Origin: Lama glama
Lineage: Eukaryota
Assembly (NCBI GenBank): GCA_028534125.1
Contig: CM052818.1
Coordinates: 11,906,001-11,970,000 of the forward strand
Length of the DNA: 64,000 bases
Direction of reading: 5' to 3'
Positions 26,971 through 38,860 of the stretch are shown in pieces; the first letter of the stretch is position 1, and each line of letters starts with the position of its first letter. The notes below the pieces were generated by a model. It saw only the letters and a list, made by a program, of their open reading frames with translations, was not told the origin of the DNA and made no database searches. A program made the translations under genes and the position numbers.

Positions 26971-28650
26971 TTACATTGAAAATGTAATCAAGTGAGAGTT
27001 CCACTTCTGGAAAAGAGGCAAAATGACCCAGTGGAGACCATTCCCCAGTGAAACAATCACAACTTGTGAAAATTATAAAAAAATAAAAACATTTAATGTC
27101 TCTGGAAATTGTCCTAAGGGAATATAGCAAAAGAAGTTATTCAAAACAATCTACTTGAGCCATGAAACCCTTGCTCTCTCTCTGCCCCAGCTTTCCAGCT
27201 CAACATGATGGAATTTCCACCTTGGATGGGTGTTGTTAGAAGATGGGGCTCCTTAGAAGATGTTCACCCATAGTCACCTCTGACTTGGGTATGGCTTCCT
27301 TTAGATGGTCTAAAGACTATGGCTTTTAGCTCAATATATTCTGTACAGTATATAAAGTTGTATTTGACTGAAATTAGGTTAGTTGACAATTAACTAAAGA
27401 CTATTCTGGCAGAGGAGTTAACCGTGGGGTTTTACCTTTGTTGGATGAACCTGTTTGCTTATCCAGTGAGACTATTCAGTTTTCATATTCTCCTGAGTTT
27501 ACATCTGTTTTTCCAAGTCTCGGGACAGCTGAGGAAGAGAGTATAATTTAGGTTGTGACTTCTACAAACTTATGCACACTAAGGTAAGATACTGTTTTTC
27601 AGGAGAACTGAACAAATTATATATATAGAAAATACTTTCACACTATTACAACTTATATGAAATGTACTAGGACAAAACTATAAACATATTTATATTAATG
27701 TATAGTGAATAATACACTAAAGAGGCCTGCAAACTTGCATGATTTCATCTTTTATCTTTGTCAGTCAGGTTTTCATATGAAGTCCCAGCTATGAAACTGA
27801 CTAGCCAACCCCGACATGTGATATTCTTTCCTTTGTGCCTTTTTCCTTTCACAAAGTCTTTTCCTTTGTGCCTTTGTTAAGCTATAAAGGAAAATGAGAT
27901 TAAAATGAATCCTCCTCGAATGGACTATTTGAAGATTATAACTATTTTACAAGAAAAAATTTTATATACTTAAGAAGATTTTGAGACTATATTTTAAAAG
28001 TTCTGTTAACTTTCGATAGTTACTTAAAATGTTTTTGTCGTTTTGAAATGTCTATATATGTGTATATATAAAATTACCTTGAGTTTTGGAATGATGATAT
28101 GTAATTATCTCTTATGATAGGCACCTACAGTAGGGAAATTATCTATATCTGGGTTGATAGGGTTTATAGCTCATAATTTGCACATGAGCATCTTCAGGAT
28201 TTTGGGAATTCTTAATTCATCAGATAAAATACTAAAACCTTATATAAAGGTGTTTTGCTTCAATTCTTTGTTGCTGCTCACTCTATACTGAACATGAAAT
28301 TCACCTCCTGCTGCAGTAATTAGTTCATAATGTTTCCTGAAAGCATTTATTGTCTCACTAAAAGTGTACAAAACTATCTTCCTAATTGTTTGACCAAATA
28401 GTAAAAATATCCGAAATAACTGTTCCACTTTAGATTTCACAAACACATTTCTTATTAGGCAGATAACTGACAATATGAATAAGATTTTCAAAGTTAGTTT
28501 TTTTTTTTAGATTTATTATTCGGATAATCTATATTTAACTATAGTTTTTATTTTTGAACCCATTCATTTCTTACGAATCCATTTTTAGAATTGCAAAGGA
28601 CCTTAGAGATCATTATGTGATTTATATAAAGTCAAGTGTTTGAACTAAAA

Positions 28651-28747
28651 TTTCTTTTTCTTTTTTTTAATGGAGGTAATGGGGATTGAACCCAGGATCT
28701 CGTGCATGCTAAGCAAGTGCTCTGCCATTGAGCTATACCCACCACCC
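28651..28747 (-). mobile_element. tRNA-derived SINE, camelid Vic-1-like
   Basis: Poly-T followed by ggggattgaacccaggatctcgtgcatgctaagcaagtgctctgccattgagctataccc (reverse A/B boxes). Confidence 0.85.
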
Positions 28748-30584
28748 TTAACTGAAGATTCTTGACTCTCTTCATTATGTTGCATTTCCTTCAACTCAAT
28801 AGATGATTTTAAGTCTGACATCATTTACATTTATAAAAATCTTTGCTAATGCCTTAGTTTAAAACATTCATGGTACTGTTAAGTACCTTGCTTTACAAAG
28901 AAAAATAAAAAATCCATCACCAACTAATTATATAAGTTCCTTCTCTTAAATAAATATCAACTAATTATATAAGTTCCTTTTCTTTCTCTTAACATTGACT
29001 TGCTCTTTTCAAATATTGGGATTTTATACACATTTTATGTCCCAATATTGAGTGCACACATACATATCTATGTAACTTTAATGGCTTTTAGACATTCTGT
29101 CATGTTATATAGCTTGACCATTTCCACCAAATTGGATGTTAGGTTGTCTCCTAGTTTTATAAACTTTTTTGGATTATTTTCTTGGATATACTGTCATAAG
29201 TAGTATTTGCTCAAAAGAAAATAATTTTTATGGTTCCTGCTATGTATAAGTAGATTGATTTTTAGAAGCGTTTTGTGAATTACACATAACTATCAGCAAT
29301 GTATGATTGTATCTGTTTCCCCATAGACCTGTTAACTTTGACTTTATGTATTTAAGGTTTTGAAGAATAAAAATACAGTTACTCATTTTTTACTAAGATA
29401 TTTGAAATGACTTTATTTTGTGTATAAAGTCTCTTCTGAATTTGAGTGAATTTTTATTTTTGTTAAATTTAGTTATTTCTCAACATTTTGTAAGTTTAGC
29501 TATTTTCACATTACAGATAATTCGTTACTTTACTTGCTCTATTTGTCTATTGATAAAACAAGCAACATTAAATAGAAACCAAATTACTATTTTAGTAAAT
29601 CCAATCTTATCAGCAAAGGATTCTTTAAAAGAATGGCATAAACCACACCATATCTTATTTATTTTTCATAGCTGAAGGACATTTTCAGGTGGAAAATATA
29701 ATTTCATGGCTTCCTCATTCTATTTGTAGCATATTTCATTACTATATAGATCACACATAAATTTCCAAAATGTGAAATTGGTTCTTTATTGCCTCTTAAA
29801 ATGTTACCTATCCATCTGATTTCTAAGTCTTAATACTTTTAGAGATGATATTCAGTTAGTCAATAAAATATAAATTAATTTTACTATTCTTTTGAAAGGA
29901 AAAATCATCTTGAAAAAATAGAAAATAGAGGAAAACATACTATTATATCTTTGGAAGTACATGTATTTACAATGGATCTTTAGTCTGAAAATTTGTCATA
30001 TAAAGTATGCATTTTATTAATAATGCTATGCCAATTAAGTTCAAATCTTTTCTGTTGTTGGGGGAGAAGAGTTCACAGTGTTGCAGGAATGGGGAATGGC
30101 TCATCTCAACCATCCTTTCTGTTCTAGGCAACATATTTAGCTGAAAAACTGCATTTCCCAGACCTTTTGTATATAGGATGCCTCATGTGATATAAGACTT
30201 GTTCAAACGGGCCTCTGGGAAAGCTGTCGTTGCTCTTCCATCTAATGATGGCTACAGCCCCAGCAGTAATCTTGGGGCCATGACAGAAAAGCCAGAAAAA
30301 TTTCAGGTACCTAATATTGAGATTAATCTTTCAGCTTAAAAAATACATATGTTTCTTTTTTTATAAGTAAAATGATCTCTGTATTGAGAATCATCTAAAT
30401 ACTGGTTTGCCACTAATCAACTATGTTTATTCCTTTAGCTAGGATCCTCTAAGCCTTACCTATGTGGCCAGCTAACTCTGAACTTGGAACTATTTGAACA
30501 ATTATTCATTTGATTAGTGCAATGACTTCACCTGGCTACACAAAAGAATCAGATACAAAAATGTAGATTTACTAAATTGAAGAT

Positions 30585-30772
30585 AATGGTTTTCAAACTT
30601 TAGCTCGCATCAGAATCCCTTCTTAAAACACAGATTTGGTAACGAGATGCTTGGTAAAACATGGATTGTTGAGCTCGTCTTCCAGAATTAAGAGATTCAA
30701 CAGGTCTGGAGTGACCTGTTCCCAGGTGATGCTGATGCTGCAGGTCCAAGGTCCACACTTTGAGAAACACTG
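30585..30772. mobile_element. MER5A
   Basis: tggttttcaaactttagctcgcatcagaatc...cccaggtgatgctgatgctgcaggtccaaggtccacactttgagaaacactg. Confidence 0.85.
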
Positions 30773-32049
30773 GTCAAGGGAACAACCTGGACACCCAGGT
30801 ATTAAAATACCTTAACATGAGTATAAAGGTTGAAGGCAGTATCGGAAACCTGTAATTGAGAACTGGTAAGATTACAGCTGTTCCCTCTAAGCTCTTTATT
30901 TCCCAGCTTCAGTTTTCCAGAATATAAGTGAGGGCTTTGTGCATCTTCTCTTTGTATGCACTTTTCTCTTGCTTTCCTTTTAGTGTCTTGGGGTAAGTGT
31001 TGTTGACTAGCTTAAGGCAAAATTTCAAAATAAAATCATTTTTCCCTTCAATTTTTCTTTCTGCATCCTTCATCCTTCTCTTAACAACTAGTCTTTCTTA
31101 TCCCTAAGTACTTATTTGGCTCTTCCTCCCACAACCTCTTCTGTGTGTCCTTTCTAACTCTGCACCTGCTGTGAATAGTTCTCGTCTATGCTCCTAGGCT
31201 TAACTGCAGCACTCATTACCTGAGTTGTAATCTTTGTTACGTGTGAGCTATTTGAGTACATTTCTTCCAGTTGCTCACCAAAAAATAGGAGTTATTAATC
31301 TCTCTATCAGTGGTTTTGGGGTGGGGTGATGTTTCCAGGGAAGAGGGTCTCATTGTGCTTTGCTGAAGAAGAAGATTGTCTAATAACCTAGATTCTCCTT
31401 TTCTCCAGGATTCGAGTCTTCAGAGACTTTTTGAACAATCCATTTACTTCCTATGTTACTTTAGGTGATGACCTCATATTCTCTGGATTCCAGTCCACCC
31501 CTCTAACCCACTAACACTTACAGCAGACTTAACCTTTAAATGCTCTTTTGTTGACCTGAGAGGTTGGATTGTGGGCCTCATTGTTCCTTGAGTTTATTGC
31601 CTGGATTGAGGCGGAAATTATTATTCTGAACCTGCCCTGGATCTAGGCTCTTTATTGGTCAAATCAACCTAATAAGGGGGTTTCTCCTGGGGAGTTTAGA
31701 TAGGGTTGTAAGAACTAGGATTCCTCCTTATATCACCTACCAAACTGTGGCCACATAACTAAGTCTTTATGGACTATTTATCATGAACATATGCTTCTCA
31801 AGGCTTTACACTTGCAAGTAATGCCAAAATTACTACATCACCATTTATGAACTGCATTTTTCTGTTTGGATAGAAAAAAATGAGCAAGAGCAAGCCGCTC
31901 TTTAAAGTTAATCAATACTTTTACCAATCCAAAGGCCCCCATGTAATTCTTAACTTTTTCAAACTTTATGTAACATTCCACACTACTGACCATGCCTTAA
32001 TCTTTTTTTTTTTTGTAATTTGGTAAGTTGAAGTTCATCTTTTATCAGT

Positions 32050-33975
32050 TTCATTTTTTAAAATATAGTTGACGTTCAACATTATATTAGTTTCAAGTGC
32101 GTAACATAGTGGCTGGACATTTATACACCTTGAAATGGTCACCACAATAAGACTAGTAACCATCTGTTACCATACAAAGTTGTTAAAATATTGTTCACTG
32201 TATTCTCTATGCTGTACACTACATCCCCATGACTATTTCATGACTGACAATCTGTACCTCTTAATCCCCTTCACTTAATTTTGACAATTACCCCACTCCT
32301 TTCTCCTCTGCAACCACCAATTCTTCTCTGTATCTGTGAATTTCTTTGTTTTGTTATGTTATTGGTTTTTAGATTTCACACATGAGAGAAATCATATGGT
32401 ATTTGTCATTCTCTCTCTAACTTATGTCACTTAGCATAATACCCTCAAGGTCTATTTGTGTTGTTACAAATGGCGAGATTTCATTCTTTTTTATGGTTGA
32501 GTAATATTCCATTGTGTATATATACTACATCTTTATCCATTCATCTACCAACGGACACTTAAGTGGCTTTCATATCTTAACTTATAAATAGTGATGTAAT
32601 GAACAAAATGGTACATTTATCTTTTTGAATTAATGTTTTTGTTTTTCTGGGGAAAAATATCCAGTAGTGGAATTGCTAAATTGTATGGTAGTTCCATTTT
32701 TAATGTTTTGAGGACCCTCCATTCTGTTTTCCATAATGGCTGTGCGTGAGTGAGTAAGGGTTAAGTTGATGAATATTCTCTTAAGTTCAGCTGCATTCTA
32801 TCAACTCTGCTTTTTGTTATCTCTTCCTCCAAGTTTAATGTTTTTGACGGCATGTGTTATGCCTTCTTGTTTTATGCATCGATTAACTACTTATTGTGGA
32901 TAGATGGTCTTACTACTTGTCTTTTAAACTCCCTACTAGTTTTGTAAATGGTTGAGCTACTACCTTTACTCTATGTTTGCCTTTACCAATGAGATTTTTC
33001 CTTTTATAATTCTAGTTGTGCTCTTTTCTTTCTGCTTAGAGAAGTCTCTTTAACATTTCTTTTGAAGCCACTTCATAGGGCCCAGCAGCTCACTTCCCTC
33101 TGGTTACTAGAGCTACATGCTCTATGGCACCCCCTATGTGGGCTGCGTGGGCCCCTCTTTGTGATGGGGCCAACTATTCTGGGCACGATTGTCATCACCC
33201 AGCACCCAGGCCTGCCTTGTGCAGTGGCTGCTGACCCACTAATGGGCAGTGCTGGGTCCCTGCATGGTGACTTCTCGGCTAAGGGTGTCCCAGGACTGGT
33301 GCTGGCCTACTGGTGGGCACTTAAGTCCTGGCACTAATAGGCTAGAGGGAGGACTTCAAAATGGTGCTTACCAGCAGCAGCATCCTTAGATAGAATGAGC
33401 TCCCAGAATGGCTACCTCCACCATCCTTGTCTCCAGGGTGAGTTCCAATTGCCTCCTGCCTCTCTGGGAGGCTCTCCAAGATCAGCAATGGGTCTGATTC
33501 AGGATCCTTACTTCCTCTGAGCCAGAACTCAAAACATACAAGATTTTGTGTGCACCCTTTAAGAGCAGAGTCTCTGTTTCCTACAGTCCTCTAGCACTTT
33601 GGAACACATGCTTCATTGGTCTTCAATGCCAGATGTTCTGGGGTTTCATCTTCCCAGTGCAGGATCCCTGGGCTGGGGAGCTCAATGTGGGACTCAGACC
33701 CCTTGATCTTTGCAGAGAACCTCTGCCATTGTGATCATCTTCCCATTTGTGTGTGATAACTACCCTCTACCCAGGGGTGTGTGTATTGACTATACCACAT
33801 GGATGTATCCCTCCTACTTGTCTCGCTGTGGTTCCTTCTCTATATTTTTTCTTGTAGAAAATCTTTTCTGCTAGTCTTCAGGTTGTTCTCATAGATAATT
33901 GTTCTGTAAATTGTAGCTTTTGTATGCTACTGGGAGGATATGAGCTCAGGGTCTTCCTACTCCACCATCTTTGCC
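32050..33975 (-). mobile_element. L1 composite: 3' UTR/ORF2 end, ORF1 end and 5' UTR
   Basis: 32050-32745 L1MA-type 3' end; 32770-33063 ORF1 end/inter-ORF; 33063-33975 5' UTR (reverse complement aagatggtggagtaggaagaccctgagctc). Confidence 0.75.
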
Positions 33976-35559
33976 ATAAACCTAGAAGACCCTTAAAAGG
34001 CTGTTCTCTCTCCATTTTTCCTTAATGTTGGCATTTTCCAACATTGTTCCCATATCTTTCAGTACTCCCAAGCAGTCTCTCCCTTATTATTCTCATTCAT
34101 GTTAATGGCTGACATCCTATCTTCTTCCATTACTGATGGGAACTGGGAGAAGAAACACCTGAGACAAAGCTGAAAATGTAGGCAATAAAATAGTGATAGA
34201 TGCTAACTGGAATGGTATTAGTTCTTATAATTTTAAACTCTTAAGACTAATAGTCTCCTTTTAAAAATTTTAAATATAACAGATAAGGTGAAAGTCTCCT
34301 CTGACTATTCCTCCCATTTCTTGTCCCCTATTTTGCTCCTCAAAAGTAACCACTACTAGTAAAATCCTGTGAGTTTGTTTATTTATTTATTTTAACATAA
34401 ATGGTATAGTAGTAAACATACTATTCTGGAACTTGTGTTTTTCTTTCATGAAAATGTTTTGAGATTCTTCCATTTTAGAACACATAGTTCTTCCTCAAGA
34501 AATAGCATTTACCATAGGATATATAAAAGAAGTCATGCCTAGGATTCCTTGAAGACTTTGAACTTTGGTGCAGATATGCATGTAGTTTGTCAGAGTGATT
34601 CCAAAATTAAAATAATGCTGGTGGTGGTAATAGCTCATTGGCTTTCTGACTTTTAAACACATTGAATATTCTCTGTGAATCTGACGGTGGCTGTCTTTGA
34701 CTGGGCTAGATGTGAACAATGGCCCCAGCTTATCACATATGAGTTGATGATGGCAGTGAGATCCATCACTCAGTCTTGGAAACCTAAGGAGAATGGTTGA
34801 ATCATTGAATTAAAAAGTCTTTATATGGTATCTCCCTTTGTTCTCTGATGGTTGGATTCCTTAGATTACACACTTTATCCATAATGAATGCTCATTTGCA
34901 AATTCAGCTTCTATGAATGGTGATTTGGATATCTTCCCCTTAGGGGCTAAGGTGATACCTGGCAATATGTTTTGTGACAATCTCTACATCTAATAAGTTA
35001 GTTAGGAGGATTCAGAGGCTGGCTGTTAGTTTGGCTTTAAGTTACATAGTCCAGTATACCAGTGGTAGTGGGTATGAGTGTGATGAAGATGGCTTGTCTG
35101 GACAGGGGTACATATCTGTTCATAGAAGACTAAACTGATATTTAGGAAGTTTCCAGAAGCTTCTAAGTGTCCCCAGAACTGTATTAGTTTGGCCTTTCTG
35201 TATGTTCAATATGTATGTACACCCACACCCATACACAACCCTAGCACTTTGAGAAAATTACTTTCTTTTCTGGATTTCATTCCCCCAATCTATGTAATGA
35301 GGGTGCTCTACAGTTACTGTCATGGGAAACCTCTAGTTCCTGAGGAATCTATTGGGTAAAATGTTCTTAGGCTCTTTCCTCATAATACGTGGATCTTAGG
35401 TAGAACATGCTAGGATTATATTAAGAAGTTTATTATGTTGGTAAATCTGTTATCAAACTTTCAAATTAAATTCTTGAAACCCCACTGTTAGCATGAGTCA
35501 GTAACAACTTTAGATAAACTTCCCCTGAGTTTCATGGGAAGTTCATCTCTACCATGCTT

Positions 35560-35780
35560 TAATGGAAAGGTTATTGAATCTAGAATTTAAAAGATTTGAG
35601 TTTAATCTTCATTGTACAGGTCACTAAGTCACTATCTTGAACAATTTATTTAATGTCTCTGAATCTCAGTTTCCTTGTACACAGAATAGACATTCTAAAA
35701 AATACCTACCTAAAGAACACTGCCATCAAAACTAAATAAAATAAAATGTGAAAGTGCTTTACACATGCTAGCTGTTTTAT
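35560..35780 (+). mobile_element. MIR SINE
   Basis: cttgaacaatttatttaatgtctctgaatctcagtttccttg...aatacctacct...atgtgaaagtgcttt. Confidence 0.7.
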
Positions 35781-36232
35781 AACTTAAATAAATCCCATGA
35801 AGTCTATAATAGTGCTATGCAGCCTGATGATTAGGTCTGAGGTAGAGGGGTGAAAAATCTAACTTTCTATAAAGTTCCCAGGTGATGTTGATGGTTCCAG
35901 GATTACATTTGGAGAACCACTGCTTTGGTGTAATTTACCACTGCTGCAACAATCTTGTTTTCCCCTACACACCCAGAATACTCTGATAATTCTCGTCAAA
36001 CTTTAAGAATCTTCAAGAAGTTTAATCTCATTTTGAGGGCAATAAAGATGGGAGAGTGTATATCTTATTCATTTTTTTGCAGAGCCTGCAGTATATTACA
36101 ATGTTTTGCAAATTCTAGGACTCAAAAATGTAATGGGTTGAATACAGATAGGAATAAAATGTAGTCCAGTAAATATTAGTAAATTCCCTAACCGTCTGTA
36201 AAAGGGAATGTAAAATTATCGTTCTTGAATTA

Positions 36233-36316
36233 GATTGACTCTTGTTTGTTTTAATGAAGGTACTGGGGAATTGAACCTGGCATCTTGTGCGTGCTAAGCA
36301 CTACCTCCCCCTCCCC
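36233..36316 (-). mobile_element. Internally deleted Vic-1-like SINE
   Basis: ggtactggggaattgaacctggcatcttgtgcgtgctaagca; 11-bp TSD TTCTTGAATTA at 36222-36232 and 36317-36327. Confidence 0.8.
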
Positions 36317-36559
36317 TTCTTGAATTAAAAAAAATGTATAGAAAGGGTTGTTAAAGGACAGTTAACTTTGGTTCATCATGTCCATCAGCAATTTCTCCTC
36401 CTGTTTATCCTTAGATATTTGTGAGTGCAGCGCACCAGACCTGAATCTGGTGTTGATTTGAGTCTGGATTAACATGTTTCCAAGTGTTCTTGGGGCAATC
36501 AAGGCTAGATTGCTTTTGCTTGGTCAGGCCCCTGAACCTGAGAGCAATCTTCTCTCCTG

Positions 36560-37330
36560 CCTCCCGATGCCGCCTCCTGCCGAGCCGCGTTTCTTGGGCG
36601 GGCCCTGAGCCCAGGTGTCCCCACTAGCACCAGACCTTCATGTTCTCCTGCGGAATCCTCGAGGCTTTTTCCGCCCACGCGCCGGTTTCCGCCTCGGCGC
36701 CCGAGACGCAGGCGGGACTGCGCATGTGCGGGCTCGGCGGCCGTAAGTTCCCGGCGCTCGCACGGCGGGCGAACCACGGCCGGCGAGCCATGGCGGAGAC
36801 GGAAGCCAGCCTGTTGCGCCAGTGCCCGCTGCTTCTGCCCCAGAACCGGTCGAAAACCGTGTATGAAGGATTCATTTCGGCTCAGGTACTCGCCCGGGTG
36901 GGCTCTCTCGCTGGGAGAGCCTCCCTCTGGCGGGGCAGCCCCACTCCTGCAAGTCTGACCGGAGGGGTTAGGGGCTCGGACTTGTGGGGGTGAAGAGGGG
37001 CAGCCCGTCAGGGCTCCTGGGAGACTGGAGGTTTGAGAACTGCGGCGGCGGCTGGAAAGCCGATCCTCGCCGCCACCTCCGCGCCTGGGCCGGGGTCGCC
37101 GCCCGGGCTGGGGCGCTGGGAGACCCGCGCGCGCGGCCTGAGGAGGTGGTGGAGAGCCACGCCCCCTCGTTCCCGCCTCTCAGAGTTTGCCTCCCTCCTA
37201 ATTCCGCGTCTGTCCCAGATTTAAACTTTTTTTCCCCTAAGTCAATCTTTTGGTTTCCTCTGTTCTAACGTTCCCCACCCCCGTGAAGTTTGGAGACCGT
37301 TCACGGGGGAATCTCTGCCCGTTATATTCG
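36560..37330 (+). promoter_or_regulatory. CpG island / TATA-less FANCL promoter
   Basis: Abrupt GC- and CpG-rich block around exon 1. GC box GGGCGGG (~36597), E2F-like TTTCCGCC twice (~36668, ~36686) and GGCGGGA (36711), NRF1-like TGCGCATGTGCG (36719-36730). Confidence 0.9.
36790..36885 (+). CDS. FANCL: FANCL coding exon 1 (MAETEASLLRQCPLLLPQNRSKTVYEGFISAQ)
   Basis: Translation is nearly identical to the mammalian FANCL N-terminus. Strong Kozak context gccATGg inside a CpG island; donor CAG|gtactc; 96 nt, phase 0. Confidence 0.97.
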
Positions 37331-37519
37331 TGTGTCCTGTAGAAAGGACATTTTGGAGGAAAACCTCATTTTGGCTGTACCGAGTCGTTGGTACCCGAGC
37401 ACATCCAGTTGCGATATTTTGTAGGAAATCTTGACAACCGGGTTAATTACGTTTGCTGATTCCAAGTGGCCTCTCTTGTGGAGTATATTACACACGGTAA
37501 ACTGTGGCTTTGAAATGTA

Positions 37520-37685
37520 CAGACTGCTTTCCGAGTACAGTATCTCGCTTAATCCTCAGGCCTTTGAGGCAGAAAAAGAAATTTAAGTCCGTATTCTCAC
37601 TTTATAGTTGAGTAAATCAAGACACGAGAAAGTGGAGAGATTAGATTTCTTGTCCATGATCGCAACAGACTCCCCTAAACTCAGG
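37520..37685 (-). mobile_element. MIR SINE
   Basis: atctcgcttaatcctca...tattctcactttatagttgagtaaatcaagacacgaga...cttgtccatgatcgcaacag. Confidence 0.6.
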
Positions 37686-38149
37686 CTTATGAGGATGAGG
37701 GGCCATATTTTAGAGATTCATTTGCCTTCAAATTCATTGTGACCATCACAGAAAGTATACGTTATAATTTATTGTTACTTTCTGGAGAAAAGTTAATCCA
37801 CCATTTCCTTCCCCAATTGGAAGTATTGGTCTTAAGCTACATACTTGAAAACTTTAACAACATTTAGAAAAATTGAAGAGAGATTACTAAATTACATTTT
37901 TGTCCAGCATTTTTACCTACTTACAGGCGTTTTAAGAAAGTATTTTGTATTATATGTGTCAGTATCTGCTAAAGCCTCTTAGAAAACATACGTAGCCATC
38001 AGAATTGAGATTAGGTGACATTTTCTTATGACCCTTGCTTTGCTACAATTCTAATTTGTACCTGCTAAGTGGCTTATTGAAATCTTAAACTAAACACTTG
38101 ATTTAACGTTGTTTTGTTTGGTGGAGCTAGCTTTCAAAAAATGTTTGCG

Positions 38150-38860
38150 TGTGTGTAATTTCAAACTAACAAAAATAGCAAGGATGTAGGAAGAATTTGA
38201 ATGTACTCTTTAACAAGATACACCATTTTACATTTGCCCCATTTGATTTCTATTCTGAGTGTGTGTATGTGAGTGGGTGTGTACCCACATTATTGCCCTG
38301 AACAGTTCCAGATTAAATTATAGACAGTGTGCCTTTATTCCTAAATACTTCAGTGTATGTTTTATGAGAACAGGGCACACTCATGCATAATCACACTACA
38401 ATTAAGAAAATCAAGAAATTTAATCGTGATACAATACCATTGCCTAATCTGGAGTCCAAATTCAACTTTTGTTAATGTTGTAATTACGTGTTTTATACCC
38501 CTTCCAAGCCCCCTACCATCTGATACAACATTATATTTTTGTTGTCTCTTTAACGTGGATAGTTTTTTTTTTCCATAAACCTGATATTTTTTGGGTACAG
38601 GTTGGTCATTAGGTAGACTGCCCCTCAATTTAGATTTGACTGATGTTTCCTCATCATTGAATTCAAATTATGCAATTTTTGGCAGAGATACTGCAGAAAG
38701 AATGTTGTGTCCTTTTCAGGACACAACATAATTTCAGTGGGTCTCATTATTGGTGATGTACCTCTGATCACCTACTTAAGGTGGCATCTGCCAGATTTTC
38801 CTCTTGTAATTGTTAAGTACTTTCAGGGAGCTACTCTGAGGCATCAGACTTTCACACACA
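38150..38860 (-). mobile_element. Ancient L1MC/ME 3' end
   Basis: cctaaatacttcagtgtatgttt...aaaatcaagaaatttaatcgtgatacaata...gatcacctacttaaggtggcatctgccagattt. Confidence 0.7.

Noticed and set aside
27250..27560. Possible mitochondrial insertion (NUMT)
   Set aside because: Only a few short words resemble mitochondrial rRNA, with no sustained similarity.
36505..37268. Overlapping ORFs on both strands around exon 1
   Set aside because: Stop-poor GC-rich CpG island; only 36790-36885 matches a known protein.
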